This document shows positions 28,301 through 37,773 of a DNA stretch of 64,000 bases, in pieces. The first letter of the stretch is position 1; every line of letters starts with the position of its first letter. The position numbers and the translations under genes are program-made. A model generated the notes under the pieces. The model was given only the letters and a program-made list of their open reading frames with translations, had not been told where the DNA came from and did not search any database. The stretch is from Methanoregula sp. (GTDB lineage: Archaea > Halobacteriota > Methanomicrobia > Methanomicrobiales > Methanospirillaceae), in the NCBI RefSeq assembly GCF_049518935.1, contig NZ_JBEKRH010000008.1:271-64270 (forward strand). Reading direction: 5' to 3'.

Positions 28301-28372
28301 CGCCCCGGCCGGGACTTGAACCCGGGTCAAAAGATCCGCAATCTTCTAGGATGTCCACTACCCCACCGGGAC
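28301..28372 (-). tRNA. tRNA-Arg (anticodon GCG), 72 nt, no encoded CCA
   Basis: Hand-folded cloverleaf: acceptor GTCCCGG/CCGGGGC, D arm GGGT-AGTGGACA-TCCT, anticodon arm GAAGA-TTGCGGA-TCTTT, T arm CCGGG-TTCAAGT-CCCGG, discriminator G. Confidence 0.88.
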
Positions 28373-28391
28373 GCGTTTAATGCCTGCCTTA

Positions 28392-28399
28392 CTTAAATT
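28392..28399 (-). promoter_or_regulatory. TATA-like box for tRNA-Arg
   Basis: AATTTAAG on the minus strand, centred about 24 nt upstream of the tRNA 5' end. Confidence 0.45.
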
Positions 28400-28465
28400 G
28401 CTTTTATCGCTTAAATATCTCACCGTTAAAAAAGGGATGTTATATCCTCGAAATAAAAATAAGAG

Positions 28466-29248
28466 TTATTCTTGGATAACTGATCCGGGTGTCCACGAAG
28501 GTGTCGTAGTTGCGGTTACCAAAGCAACTGCTGTGTTCGAACGAGGTGTTCCTTCCCAGTATGTGCAGGCATCAAAAGTCATATTATCGGGATCATCAAA
28601 ATTGCCTTGCGGCTTTACCCAGAAGCTTACTGTTGCAGTAATCTTGTTGCCTTTCAACTCGATCAACATATCATCCGTATTTAATACTTTAAGTGTCCGG
28701 TCCAAGTACGTAGTATACTGAGGGCCGAAGCCGTCCTGAAGATAGATCTCCCCGGAGGTTTTGTTACGGACTGTGATCTCAAAATATGATTGAGGATCGT
28801 ACGTGGAGAATTGGTAGGTCACATCCTCTTTTGATAAATATTGTGAAGTTGCCGCTTTGTTTACCGTAATATTCGTAGGGATAACTGTATAATTGATATA
28901 CATCGGTGGATTTTTCAGGTCAAATGTGAATGCAGTTCCGTTATACATGAACGTCTGAGTAGTTGTTTTTATCAGGCAGCTTTTATCTGAAGGTGGGGGT
29001 GTCGGGGATACGAAGGTGGTAAATCCAAGTGTTGCAGTCTGGCATACACTTGAATCATGCGAGTTAATATACGGAGTAACTTCTGTTACATAGGAAGCAC
29101 TCGTTGTATTCGTGGGTGTACCTCCATCGGGATTAAATGTGTAAGTCACTACGGCTGACGTATCTTTTGGCGGCGCAACACACCCAGTTGCCGCAATTAT
29201 AAGGAGCAACGCGGTGCAACAGATCAGATACAGTTTTTTGTTTTTCAT
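28466..29248 (-). CDS. hypothetical secreted lipoprotein
   Basis: MKNKKLYLICCTALLLIIAATGCVAPP is a lipobox-like signal. The body is Thr/Asn-rich and beta-rich. The gene looks AT-richer than its neighbours. Confidence 0.65.
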   Translation of the reverse strand: MKNKKLYLICCTALLLIIAATGCVAPPKDTSAVVTYTFNPDGGTPTNTTSASYVTEVTPYINSHDSSVCQTATLGFTTFVSPTPPPSDKSCLIKTTTQTFMYNGTAFTFDLKNPPMYINYTVIPTNITVNKAATSQYLSKEDVTYQFSTYDPQSYFEITVRNKTSGEIYLQDGFGPQYTTYLDRTLKVLNTDDMLIELKGNKITATVSFWVKPQGNFDDPDNMTFDACTYWEGTPRSNTAVALVTATTTPSWTPGSVIQE

Positions 29249-29654
29249 TAATCAGAGTACTGTTACTCCTAGTAATTAATGATTTCAAAACTTATAGAAA
29301 ACAGGTGACCTCGTTTTAAAATTTTAAAAATCGTTATTAAGGTAATTATATTGTGCTATTATTGGAAAGTATCAAATTTTCGGAGTCTCTCTCAAAAAAT
29401 TTAGGAGTTTATGAAAAACCGTGGAATTTTCCCGGATTTTTAGAAAAAATCGCCGTCCTCGTACATTTACAAGAATATTCTGGGGCATCTTGATATTTAA
29501 AAAGGGTTTTTCCCATATTCCCTCAACAGAATCCGGCAGATTGTAAATTTCGTGTTGTATTCATTAGTCATGCGATAAAACCCTGTTTAAAGAGGGTTCT
29601 TTTCTAATACTAGGTTCTGCTGACAAAGAATGCCCTGGAAGTACTGATTATCCT

Positions 29655-30563
29655 CTATTCAGGAATATCGGTTAACAGTAAAAAATATGATATCACCCCA
29701 GACTCATCGAATAATGTGAGACGACCGCTGACTTTACTTCTGATTCCTGAGGCACCTTCTACACGGAATGATATATCCGAAATTTTTTGCTTGTTCTCTT
29801 GACATTCCGAAAACTGTTTCCTGATGCAATCCCGGTCTTCCGGAATAATTCGTTCCATCAAATAGAAGAGTGGTATTCTCTGGCATGCGAGACCAAATAA
29901 TTTTTCAATCTGCTTGTTTGCAAAGATAACATGCTCGTTTTTACAGATCAGAATTCCCTGATGGGGGCTATTGGATACAAGATTCAGAAGGGTGTTGTAT
30001 TTAAGTTCCAGAAACACTGCATTTTTCTTGTCACTAATATCTTCCATCGAAACAGCAGTTCCTTTTGTGCCGTTACAGAAAACAATGGATATAGTTCTTA
30101 TAAAATATGTTTTATGTATATCATTTTCTATAGTTATCTCGTGTTCAGAAATATCTGATTTAAGGCAGGATTGTATTGAATCCAGAATAGTTTGTGATGG
30201 AGATGGTGAAACGGAAAAATAAGAGAAATTTTTTCCCAGGATCGCCGCACGGGGGGTGTTCATGAGATCGAGAAAAAAATTGTTAACGTGGAGAATTCTG
30301 TTATCCTTATCAAGTAGGAGAATAAACTCATGAGAATAATTCATTAATAAATCCTGTGGGATTCTGCTGGCTACTGAAAAGACTTTGGCTTTCCCGAACG
30401 TTCGCATTTCAACTTGTCCGGAAACCTGTAATACTTCAAGATATCGTCCAACGGAATGTTTATTTTTTTGTATTGCACGCGCGATTTCCGTAATGCTCAT
30501 ACCGTGAGGAGAGTTTTTGAGAATTTCAAGTATTTTGAGAGTCTCGTTTTGAAAATTATCCAT
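29655..30563 (-). CDS. winged-helix HTH + tandem PAS-like domain transcription regulator
   Basis: ...ILEILKNSPHGMSITEIARAIQKNKHSVGRYLEVLQVSGQVEMRTFGKAKVF... is followed by two PAS-like segments (...LLLDKDNRILHVNNFFLDLMN..., ...ILICKNEHVIFANKQIEKLFG...). It is divergent from the surface-protein/exporter cluster. Confidence 0.75.
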   Translation of the reverse strand: MDNFQNETLKILEILKNSPHGMSITEIARAIQKNKHSVGRYLEVLQVSGQVEMRTFGKAKVFSVASRIPQDLLMNYSHEFILLLDKDNRILHVNNFFLDLMNTPRAAILGKNFSYFSVSPSPSQTILDSIQSCLKSDISEHEITIENDIHKTYFIRTISIVFCNGTKGTAVSMEDISDKKNAVFLELKYNTLLNLVSNSPHQGILICKNEHVIFANKQIEKLFGLACQRIPLFYLMERIIPEDRDCIRKQFSECQENKQKISDISFRVEGASGIRSKVSGRLTLFDESGVISYFLLLTDIPE

Positions 30564-30701
30564 TCTTTAGAAATTAGGACTATTGTATAAATAGATTATG
30601 GTCATTTGTAACAATTATTTATTACAACTATATGTTACAATTAAAGTTAATCTACTACCTTTAAAATTAAATATTTGATTAGCTTTGATAATGGGGAAGT
30701 A

Positions 30702-30854
30702 ATGTTGGACATTCTGAGAAACCCTTTTAATCTCAATCAATTGTGGGATATCGGACTTGATGCAACAATTGCAATCTTTGTTCTATTCGCTATGGGGCGT
30801 GAGTACAAAATCATCATGGAAACGATGATAGAGCTTGTGAAAAAGAATACATGA
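30702..30854 (+). CDS. possible 50-aa single-TM micro-protein (speculative)
   Basis: ATG preceded by GGGGAAG. The translation is MLDILRNPFNLNQLWDIGLDATIAIFVLFAMGREYKIIMETMIELVKKNT. It is below the ORF-track size cutoff and has no homology evidence. Confidence 0.2.
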   Translation: MLDILRNPFNLNQLWDIGLDATIAIFVLFAMGREYKIIMETMIELVKKNT

Positions 30855-31075
30855 TCTGAAAATGAGGCTTGAAAAAATTTTCATTACGATTATTTTTTTT
30901 GGTCAGGTTACGCAATAATGTAGAAAATGTGTTCTATTTAGGAACGTATAATCCCGCAGTTTAAATGTTTGAATTACAACCGAGGAACAACATGAGTGAA
31001 ACAATCTGGAAACATGGAGAGAGAAAAAGATTGATACGCACCCGCGAAGGGCAGGAGATCCGTCTACCGGGTAGC

Positions 31076-32380
31076 ATGAGGGGATACCTGTATGTATGCC
31101 TTGCCGTGGTAACCGTAATCCTGCTGGCCGTGCCGTCCCTAGCAGATGATTCCGGAAGCCGGTACATGACCGGAAGCCCGGAACTTTCAGCACACATATC
31201 CGGAACCAACGAGTTTTCACCCGGGGATGAAATCAACATACCAATCGCCATTGAAAACAGCGGGACTAACCAATACAAGATCGTCAAGTCCTCGATAATT
31301 AATCCCGGGGATCTTTCAAATACGGCCAAGCAGCTCAGCGTAAGCCTTGGAGCGGCCGATGCTCCTCTCCAGGTCAAATCTGATCCGCAGCTGGTGGGGG
31401 ATCTCACCGGCAGTTCGGTTGTAACGGCCACGTTTCACATCACCATCAATCAGGATGCACCGTCAGGCACGTATAACCTGCCGGTCACGTTGAACTACAC
31501 ATATCTCTACACCGCCAACCAGTACGGTACCGATACGCTCATGTATACATATAAACCCATCAACCAGACCGTGACGATCCCGATAACCATCAAATCAGAT
31601 GTCCAGATCACCGCGGTGTCGATCGATACGCAGGCTCTCAACGTGGGAAATGAAGGCTATGTCATCATCCATCTCAAGAATACCGGGTATGAGGATGGTC
31701 AGGATGCAGTGGTAATGATACAGCAGGTCGGCCAGAGCCCGCTCTCGCCCACAGAAGGGAACTTCTATATCGGGGATTACCCGGCCGGTGCAGTTGCAAA
31801 CTGCACGTTCCGCCTCATGGTCTCAAGCGATGCCCAGCAGAAAACTTACCCGCTTGGCGTGGTGGTCAATTACAAGAACTCCAATGGCGTGTATGTTGAT
31901 TCCGCAGCGGAGACCATTGGGGTGCCGGTCGGTGAAAAAATCCATTTCAATGTGACACCGGTCAAGGCCACCCTTTCGCCCGGAGCGAAATCCGTGATCA
32001 CGGTCACGTTCCAGAACACCGGTGGCGCGACAGCGTATAATGCACAGGCGCGGATCAGCGCGGTCGACCCCTTCACCAGCAACGATGATACCGCGTTCCT
32101 CGGTACCATGGCCCCGGGCGATATCCGGCAGGCGTCCTATGAGGTCTCCCTTGATTCCGATGCAACGGTCAAGGAATACGGTCTTGATTCCGAGGTAATC
32201 TACCGGGATGCCCTCAATAACGAGATCACCTCCGACCCGCTCAAGGTCAACGTGCAGGTTGTGCCGGCCAGATCCTTTATCAATATGCTGGGCCTCCCCG
32301 TCCTGCTGGCGCTGATCGTTATCGGTATTCTTGGGATTCTAGGATACTTCGTCTATTCACGGCGGGTCAGGCAACAGTGA
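31076..32380 (+). CDS. membrane-anchored multi-beta-sandwich surface protein (COG1361 S-layer-domain / CARDB-like), paralog 1
   Basis: Signal peptide MRGYLYVCLAVVTVILLAVPSLA, then RYMTGSPELSAHISGTNEFSPGDEINIPIAIENSG. NTG-type CARDB motifs (HLKNTGYEDGQDA, VTFQNTGGATAYNAQARIS) and a C-terminal TM plus RRVRQQ follow. The start at 31076 is chosen by alignment with paralogs 2-4. Confidence 0.85.
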   Translation: MRGYLYVCLAVVTVILLAVPSLADDSGSRYMTGSPELSAHISGTNEFSPGDEINIPIAIENSGTNQYKIVKSSIINPGDLSNTAKQLSVSLGAADAPLQVKSDPQLVGDLTGSSVVTATFHITINQDAPSGTYNLPVTLNYTYLYTANQYGTDTLMYTYKPINQTVTIPITIKSDVQITAVSIDTQALNVGNEGYVIIHLKNTGYEDGQDAVVMIQQVGQSPLSPTEGNFYIGDYPAGAVANCTFRLMVSSDAQQKTYPLGVVVNYKNSNGVYVDSAAETIGVPVGEKIHFNVTPVKATLSPGAKSVITVTFQNTGGATAYNAQARISAVDPFTSNDDTAFLGTMAPGDIRQASYEVSLDSDATVKEYGLDSEVIYRDALNNEITSDPLKVNVQVVPARSFINMLGLPVLLALIVIGILGILGYFVYSRRVRQQ

Positions 32381-32426
32381 ACTCCCGTTTTTTCCACGGT
32401 CGCGTTGCTTGTGAAAAAGGATTACT

Positions 32427-34763
32427 ATGATCGATAAGGTCTTCAGTTCAATCGCACGGTTCGTAAACCACCGGCCCAGACTGGTAGTTGGCATCATCGG
32501 TCTGATCTTTATCATTGCCATTATTGGCATGACGATGATCACCATGCAGACCGGCAACGATACTTATATGGACAAGAATTCTCCGGAAGGTATCGTCAAC
32601 AAACAGTATACCGAGACGTTCAACACGGATTCCATCATCCTGATCGTTGAGACAAGTGATCCGCTCAACCCGAACGTGCTCAATTATATCGACCGGCTCG
32701 AAGGCGATATCCGACAGCAGCAGCACATTGCCGGTGCAGCCAGTGTTGTCGATATCCTGAAAAGCGAGAACGGCGGGGTTCTGCCCCAGTCCAAAGGGGA
32801 GATCGATGCTCTCCTTAACAAGATCCCGCCCGCCACCCGCGCCACTGCGGTTCCCTCAAATGTCCTGACACTGGTGCAGGTAAACCTCGATAACGGCCTG
32901 ACGAGTAATACCCAAACCATGGTATTGAATACGGTACAACAAATTGTCGACCATTCCGATCCACCGGCAGGCGTGACGGTAGAGGTGTCCGGTACTCCCG
33001 CATTCACTAAGCAGATGCAGGCAGAAATGAGCTCCTCCATGGGGGTGTTGATCGGTGGCGCAATGATCCTGATGATCATCGTCATGGGCCTGCTGTTCTC
33101 GTATGTCAGTCACCGTTTCCTGCCGGTTATATTTGTAGGCCTGGGTCTCACGACTGCTATCGGTCTCATGGGACTTGCCGGTATCCAACTCAACATGGCA
33201 GTGCTGGGGGCATTCCCCGTCATGATCGGCTTAGGGATCGACTATGCGATCCAGTTCCATGCACGACTTGATGAGGAGTCACGAAAAGGTTCACTTGACG
33301 ATGCCGTGTTCATGACTATAACCCGGACCGGGCCTGCTGTAATGTATGCGATGCTTGCAACATCCCTTGGATTTTCCGCCATGTTCATCTCCACGGTCCC
33401 CATGATCCAGTCCTTTGGACTCGTGGCCATAATAGGTATCATGAGCTGTTACTGCATCTCGCTCGTAGGTATACCAGCGGTTGCCCACATCATCGGCTAC
33501 AAACCCAAACAGCAGACTCCCGATGTCTGTTATGCGGTCGGCGAAGATGCCTGTGAGACGCTCCCGTTACCAAAGGCGAAGACATGGAATTATGGCCAGT
33601 TTCTCACTGATACCTCCGTCAAGATCGCAAAAAATCCGATCCCGATCCTCCTTATTGCAGCGCTCATTGCGGCGATCGGCTTCCAGCTCGATCCGTATAT
33701 TCCCATTGAAGCGAACCAGAACAACTTTGTCCCAAGCGATATGCCGGCTTTGATCGAGATGAACAAGGTAACGAGTATCCTCGGGGCAACGAGTACAGCG
33801 GATTTCTACGTGGAAGGGGGACGGGTCACGGATCTCGATACGATACGCTGGCTCAAGGAGTTCCAGGATTATGAACTGGCCACCCACTCGGAACTTACCT
33901 CCGCAACCAGCATCGTCACCTACATCATGGACTATAACGGAGGGGTGATGCCACAGACCCAGAGCCAGCTCGATGCCGTACTTAAAAGAATTCCATCCTC
34001 GGTGAGAGACCAGTACATCAGCGGATCGATGCGGGGCGTTGTACACTTTGGAACGATCTCGCTCCAGATCCCCCAGGAGGAGGACCTCAAGAAAGAGATG
34101 GTCAATGATATCACATTCCTCCAACCCCCGCAGGGTATATCAGTTCAACCCATAGGAAACTTCGATATCATGACAGCGCTCATTGGAGGGTTGTCCTCAT
34201 CAAAAGACGAGATGACCTATCTGGGTTTTGCCCTTATCTTCATCTTTCTGGTGCTGGTCTACCGGCATGTCCATGCGATCTCGCCCCTGTTTCCCATCAT
34301 CCTTATTGTTGGGTGGAATTCGGTGGCGATGTACGTGATGGGCATCGCGTACTCGCCGCTGACCGCTACACTCGGATCGATGACCATTGGCGTAGCCGCT
34401 GAATACACCATCCTCGTGATGGAACGCTACTCCGAGGAAGAGGAACGGCTCCACGATCACATTGCCGCAATCCAGGAGAGTGTCAACAGGATTGGGACCG
34501 CTATCACCGTTTCCGGCCTTGCAACATTCTTTGGCTTCTCGGCCCTCTGCCTCTCCAATTTCCCCATCACCAGTAACTTCGGGGTCTCTACCCTTATTGC
34601 AGTCGGATTCTCCCTCTGCGGTGCCATCTTCATTATGCCTGCAGTGCTCTCCATCATGGGCAGTTTCACGGAATGGTGGGATACCAGAAAAGCGCACCCG
34701 GCAGCACATGATGATCCTCACCTCCCCCTTGGAATGGCAAACGAAAACACGAACCTACGGTAG
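32427..34763 (+). CDS. MMPL/RND-superfamily exporter (COG1033-like), 12 TM with two large external loops
   Basis: 778 aa. ...AFPVMIGLGIDYAIQFHARLDEE... and a second half-repeat ...MTIGVAAEYTILVMERYSEEEE... are typical of MMPL-type RND transporters. Confidence 0.9.
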   Translation: MIDKVFSSIARFVNHRPRLVVGIIGLIFIIAIIGMTMITMQTGNDTYMDKNSPEGIVNKQYTETFNTDSIILIVETSDPLNPNVLNYIDRLEGDIRQQQHIAGAASVVDILKSENGGVLPQSKGEIDALLNKIPPATRATAVPSNVLTLVQVNLDNGLTSNTQTMVLNTVQQIVDHSDPPAGVTVEVSGTPAFTKQMQAEMSSSMGVLIGGAMILMIIVMGLLFSYVSHRFLPVIFVGLGLTTAIGLMGLAGIQLNMAVLGAFPVMIGLGIDYAIQFHARLDEESRKGSLDDAVFMTITRTGPAVMYAMLATSLGFSAMFISTVPMIQSFGLVAIIGIMSCYCISLVGIPAVAHIIGYKPKQQTPDVCYAVGEDACETLPLPKAKTWNYGQFLTDTSVKIAKNPIPILLIAALIAAIGFQLDPYIPIEANQNNFVPSDMPALIEMNKVTSILGATSTADFYVEGGRVTDLDTIRWLKEFQDYELATHSELTSATSIVTYIMDYNGGVMPQTQSQLDAVLKRIPSSVRDQYISGSMRGVVHFGTISLQIPQEEDLKKEMVNDITFLQPPQGISVQPIGNFDIMTALIGGLSSSKDEMTYLGFALIFIFLVLVYRHVHAISPLFPIILIVGWNSVAMYVMGIAYSPLTATLGSMTIGVAAEYTILVMERYSEEEERLHDHIAAIQESVNRIGTAITVSGLATFFGFSALCLSNFPITSNFGVSTLIAVGFSLCGAIFIMPAVLSIMGSFTEWWDTRKAHPAAHDDPHLPLGMANENTNLR

Positions 34764-34772
34764 GTAATTCAG

Positions 34773-36068
34773 ATGAAACATTACACAGCATTGATTTTCC
34801 TGATCCTCATGGCAGCATTCTGTACGGTGCCGGTGATGGGAGTAGACCAATACGTCGGGGGAAGTCCCCAGATGACGGCGTACATATCCGGCGTCAATGA
34901 GTTTTCCCCGGGGCAGGACGCAACCATTTTGGTGGAGATCCAGAACGGCGGGACGAATGCGATGAAGTTTACCAGTCACGGCACGCTGCCTCAGGCAGAC
35001 CTGCCGACGACCGCAAAGCTGGTAACGGCCGGACTCTCCGGAGACAATACCCCGATCATCATTAAGACCGACCCCCAGAACCTCGGCGATATCTACAGCC
35101 CGGGCATCGTCACCGCCACTTTTTCGGCAAAGATCACGTCAAATGCAACGCTGGGGGACTACCAGCTCCCGCTCACCCTCCACTGCAAGTATCTCTCAAA
35201 CAGTAACAGTCCCCAGCCGTCCGCTGACACGCTCCAGTACCAGTATGACGATATGACTACGGTCATCCCGCTCACGATCAGGATCAAGCCGGAAGTCAAG
35301 ATCGAGGTTCTCGATGTTGTCCCCGGAAACCTGATCGTGGGAACTGAAGGCTACGTCAACCTGACGATCAAAAATATCGGACCGGAGGACGGGAAGAGAG
35401 CGTCCGTTATCCTCCTCAGAAATGGCAACAGCGGCGTGATCCCCACTGACAGCAGTGTTTATATCGGGGATTTCCTGCAGAACCAGACGGTCAGCTGCCT
35501 GTACAAGGTCTCGGTCACGAACGATGCACAGCCACAGTCCTACTCAATTGATGTGATGGTCACCTACACAAACTCCGAAGGCGAGACGGTGAACTCCGTA
35601 ATCGATACCGTAGGTGTACCTGTAGGAAGTAAACTCGGTTTTATGGTGATCTCCGCTCCGGCTTCTATTAACCCGGGACAATCTAAAATCATAGAGGTGG
35701 AATACAGGAACACAGGATCGATTACTGCATATCACGCGCTGGCCCGGCTGACGACCGTCAGCCCGCTTTCAAGCTCCGATACTATGGCATATCTCGGCGA
35801 TATTGCCCCGGGTCAGAACGTCACTGCCCTGTATACGATCTCTGCCGACAGTATGGCGACCCCTGGTACATATAATCTCGATACCAATGTGAGATACCGC
35901 GATTCCCTCGATGACAGTCTCACATCCGATACTGTCAGTGCCCAGGTCGATGTCGTCGCGCCTACTCCCGGGAGGAGTCTGCTGCCAGTACTTGTAGTAT
36001 CAGCCCTGATAGCGGCGATTCTTATCGGCGCAGGGTATTACGTATTGGTGATGAGGAGGAAGAGGTAA
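34773..36068 (+). CDS. COG1361/CARDB-like surface protein, paralog 2
   Basis: 431 aa. It has a signal peptide, ...YVGGSPQMTAYISGVNEFSPGQDATILVEIQNGG..., TIKNIGPEDGKRA, VEYRNTGSITAYHALARLT, and a C-terminal TM plus RRKR. Confidence 0.85.
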   Translation: MKHYTALIFLILMAAFCTVPVMGVDQYVGGSPQMTAYISGVNEFSPGQDATILVEIQNGGTNAMKFTSHGTLPQADLPTTAKLVTAGLSGDNTPIIIKTDPQNLGDIYSPGIVTATFSAKITSNATLGDYQLPLTLHCKYLSNSNSPQPSADTLQYQYDDMTTVIPLTIRIKPEVKIEVLDVVPGNLIVGTEGYVNLTIKNIGPEDGKRASVILLRNGNSGVIPTDSSVYIGDFLQNQTVSCLYKVSVTNDAQPQSYSIDVMVTYTNSEGETVNSVIDTVGVPVGSKLGFMVISAPASINPGQSKIIEVEYRNTGSITAYHALARLTTVSPLSSSDTMAYLGDIAPGQNVTALYTISADSMATPGTYNLDTNVRYRDSLDDSLTSDTVSAQVDVVAPTPGRSLLPVLVVSALIAAILIGAGYYVLVMRRKR

Positions 36069-36114
36069 TGACAGGGATGATGATGATTTTGGTAACAGAT
36101 ACACCGGGTGTGAT

Positions 36115-37419
36115 GTGATGAGGTCAATCCAGACGCGTGCAACCCTCCTGATACTCATTATGGTCTGCATAGTTGCGCCGACAGTGCTTGCCGATACAAA
36201 ATATATGGAAGGGAGTCCGAACCTGAGTGCGTATGTTTCAGGTTTAAATGAGTTTACGGCCGGCAGCGATATCACGATCCCGGTCGTAATAGAAAACTCC
36301 GGCCTCAACAAGTACGAGGAAGTAGCTCCAAATATCGTAGCCCGTGACGATCTTCCCAACACCGCAAAGTTTGTCACGGTAACCCTGTCTGCCGGAGATG
36401 CACCGATCAAGATAAAATCCGATCCCCAGATGATCGGTGACATCCAGGGCCAGACCACAGAAACGGTGGTCTTCTCGGCAACGGTCAATGCCGATGCCCC
36501 GGCCGGAACATATATGCTCCCGGTTGACATCAGCTACGCCACCCTGTCCTCGGTAGATGAGTACACTGCAGCGCCAATGTCCCAGAATCACTACACGCAG
36601 AACAACGTGACCCTCACGGTGCCGCTGGTCATAAAAGCGGAAGTGATTCCCCAGGTAATTTCGGTGATCCCGAATCATCTGATCGCCGGTGCTGACGGAT
36701 ATGTCAACCTCACGCTGAAAAATATCGGATCGCTGGACGGGGCAAAGGCAACTGTCACGATCCTTCAGGATGGCCAGAGCCCGATCGCTCCGGTCGATAG
36801 CAGTGTTTACATTGGTGATTTCCCGGTCGGCAGTACCGTGACCTGCCCGTTCAAGGTATTTGTCGACAAGACTGCAGTCAACAAATCCTACCCACTCAAT
36901 GTGCTTGTTACCTACCAGAATAACGAAGGCAACTTTGTCAATTCACGGACCGAGACTGCTGGCGCGAGTGTAGGCAGCGAAGTGAATTTTGCGATCATCT
37001 CACCCACGATCACGATGAGTCCGGGCAGCAGCAAGACCATCCAAGTCGAATACAAAAATACCGGCGATTCAATGATCAAGAACGCCCAAGCCCTGATCAG
37101 CGTGGTCACGCCGTTCACGAGCTCTAACGCGGTGGCAGACCTCGGTGACATTGCCCCGGGACAGTCTGCTGTTGCCAGCTACCAGATCAGCGTGTCCGGC
37201 AATGCGGTGACCAAACTCTATGGCCTCGATTCCGAGATCCGGTACCGCGACGCTCTCGATGATACTTATATTTCCGACCCCATGAAGGTCTCGATCGATG
37301 TGGAAACTCTTACCGGTATTCAGGGTATTTTGTCCAACACAGTCATCCTCTCCATCATCGTCGCTGCTTTGATTGGTATCATCTATGCAATCTGGTACTT
37401 TAGGAAAAAGCAGAGATGA
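36115..37419 (+). CDS. COG1361/CARDB-like surface protein, paralog 3
   Basis: 434 aa. ...KYMEGSPNLSAYVSGLNEFTAGSDITIPVVIENSG..., TLKNIGSLDGAKA, VEYKNTGDSMIKNAQALIS, and a C-terminal TM plus RKKQR. Confidence 0.85.
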   Translation: MMRSIQTRATLLILIMVCIVAPTVLADTKYMEGSPNLSAYVSGLNEFTAGSDITIPVVIENSGLNKYEEVAPNIVARDDLPNTAKFVTVTLSAGDAPIKIKSDPQMIGDIQGQTTETVVFSATVNADAPAGTYMLPVDISYATLSSVDEYTAAPMSQNHYTQNNVTLTVPLVIKAEVIPQVISVIPNHLIAGADGYVNLTLKNIGSLDGAKATVTILQDGQSPIAPVDSSVYIGDFPVGSTVTCPFKVFVDKTAVNKSYPLNVLVTYQNNEGNFVNSRTETAGASVGSEVNFAIISPTITMSPGSSKTIQVEYKNTGDSMIKNAQALISVVTPFTSSNAVADLGDIAPGQSAVASYQISVSGNAVTKLYGLDSEIRYRDALDDTYISDPMKVSIDVETLTGIQGILSNTVILSIIVAALIGIIYAIWYFRKKQR

Positions 37420-37773
37420 GCGGCGCTCAAGAGAGGCCAATAACGGTGTACCGTATAGGATGCTTTCGCTTGAAGAGTGCAATGCGCTCATCAACTTCAT
37501 ATTTGCTCCGTGTCGTCGCGGCCGTGCCCCTTGGCTATAGTATGGAGGAATCAAGGACCCCCAGTCATTGTAAATTGTTTTTAAGCATATTTGTTGACAA
37601 TGTGTCATTTTAATAGTGTACCATGAGTGACCCGCGGGGTCTTTACCCAGATTGCTCCTGAATTATTTTTATCATGAATAAGGAAAATAGGAAATCCCTG
37701 AAAAATACATGTAGATCTAATCACCATTAAATACACAAGCCAAAATTACTAAGTATCTATGGAGAAATAACTG

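Noticed and set aside
29426-29438. GGAATTTTCCC occurs at about 29428 and about 2826, with GGAATTTTTTCCC at about 2350; a possible shared operator.
   Set aside because: It is only a two-to-three-copy match found after the fact. Significance cannot be assessed without genome-wide counts. It is noted under the gene-poor region finding instead.
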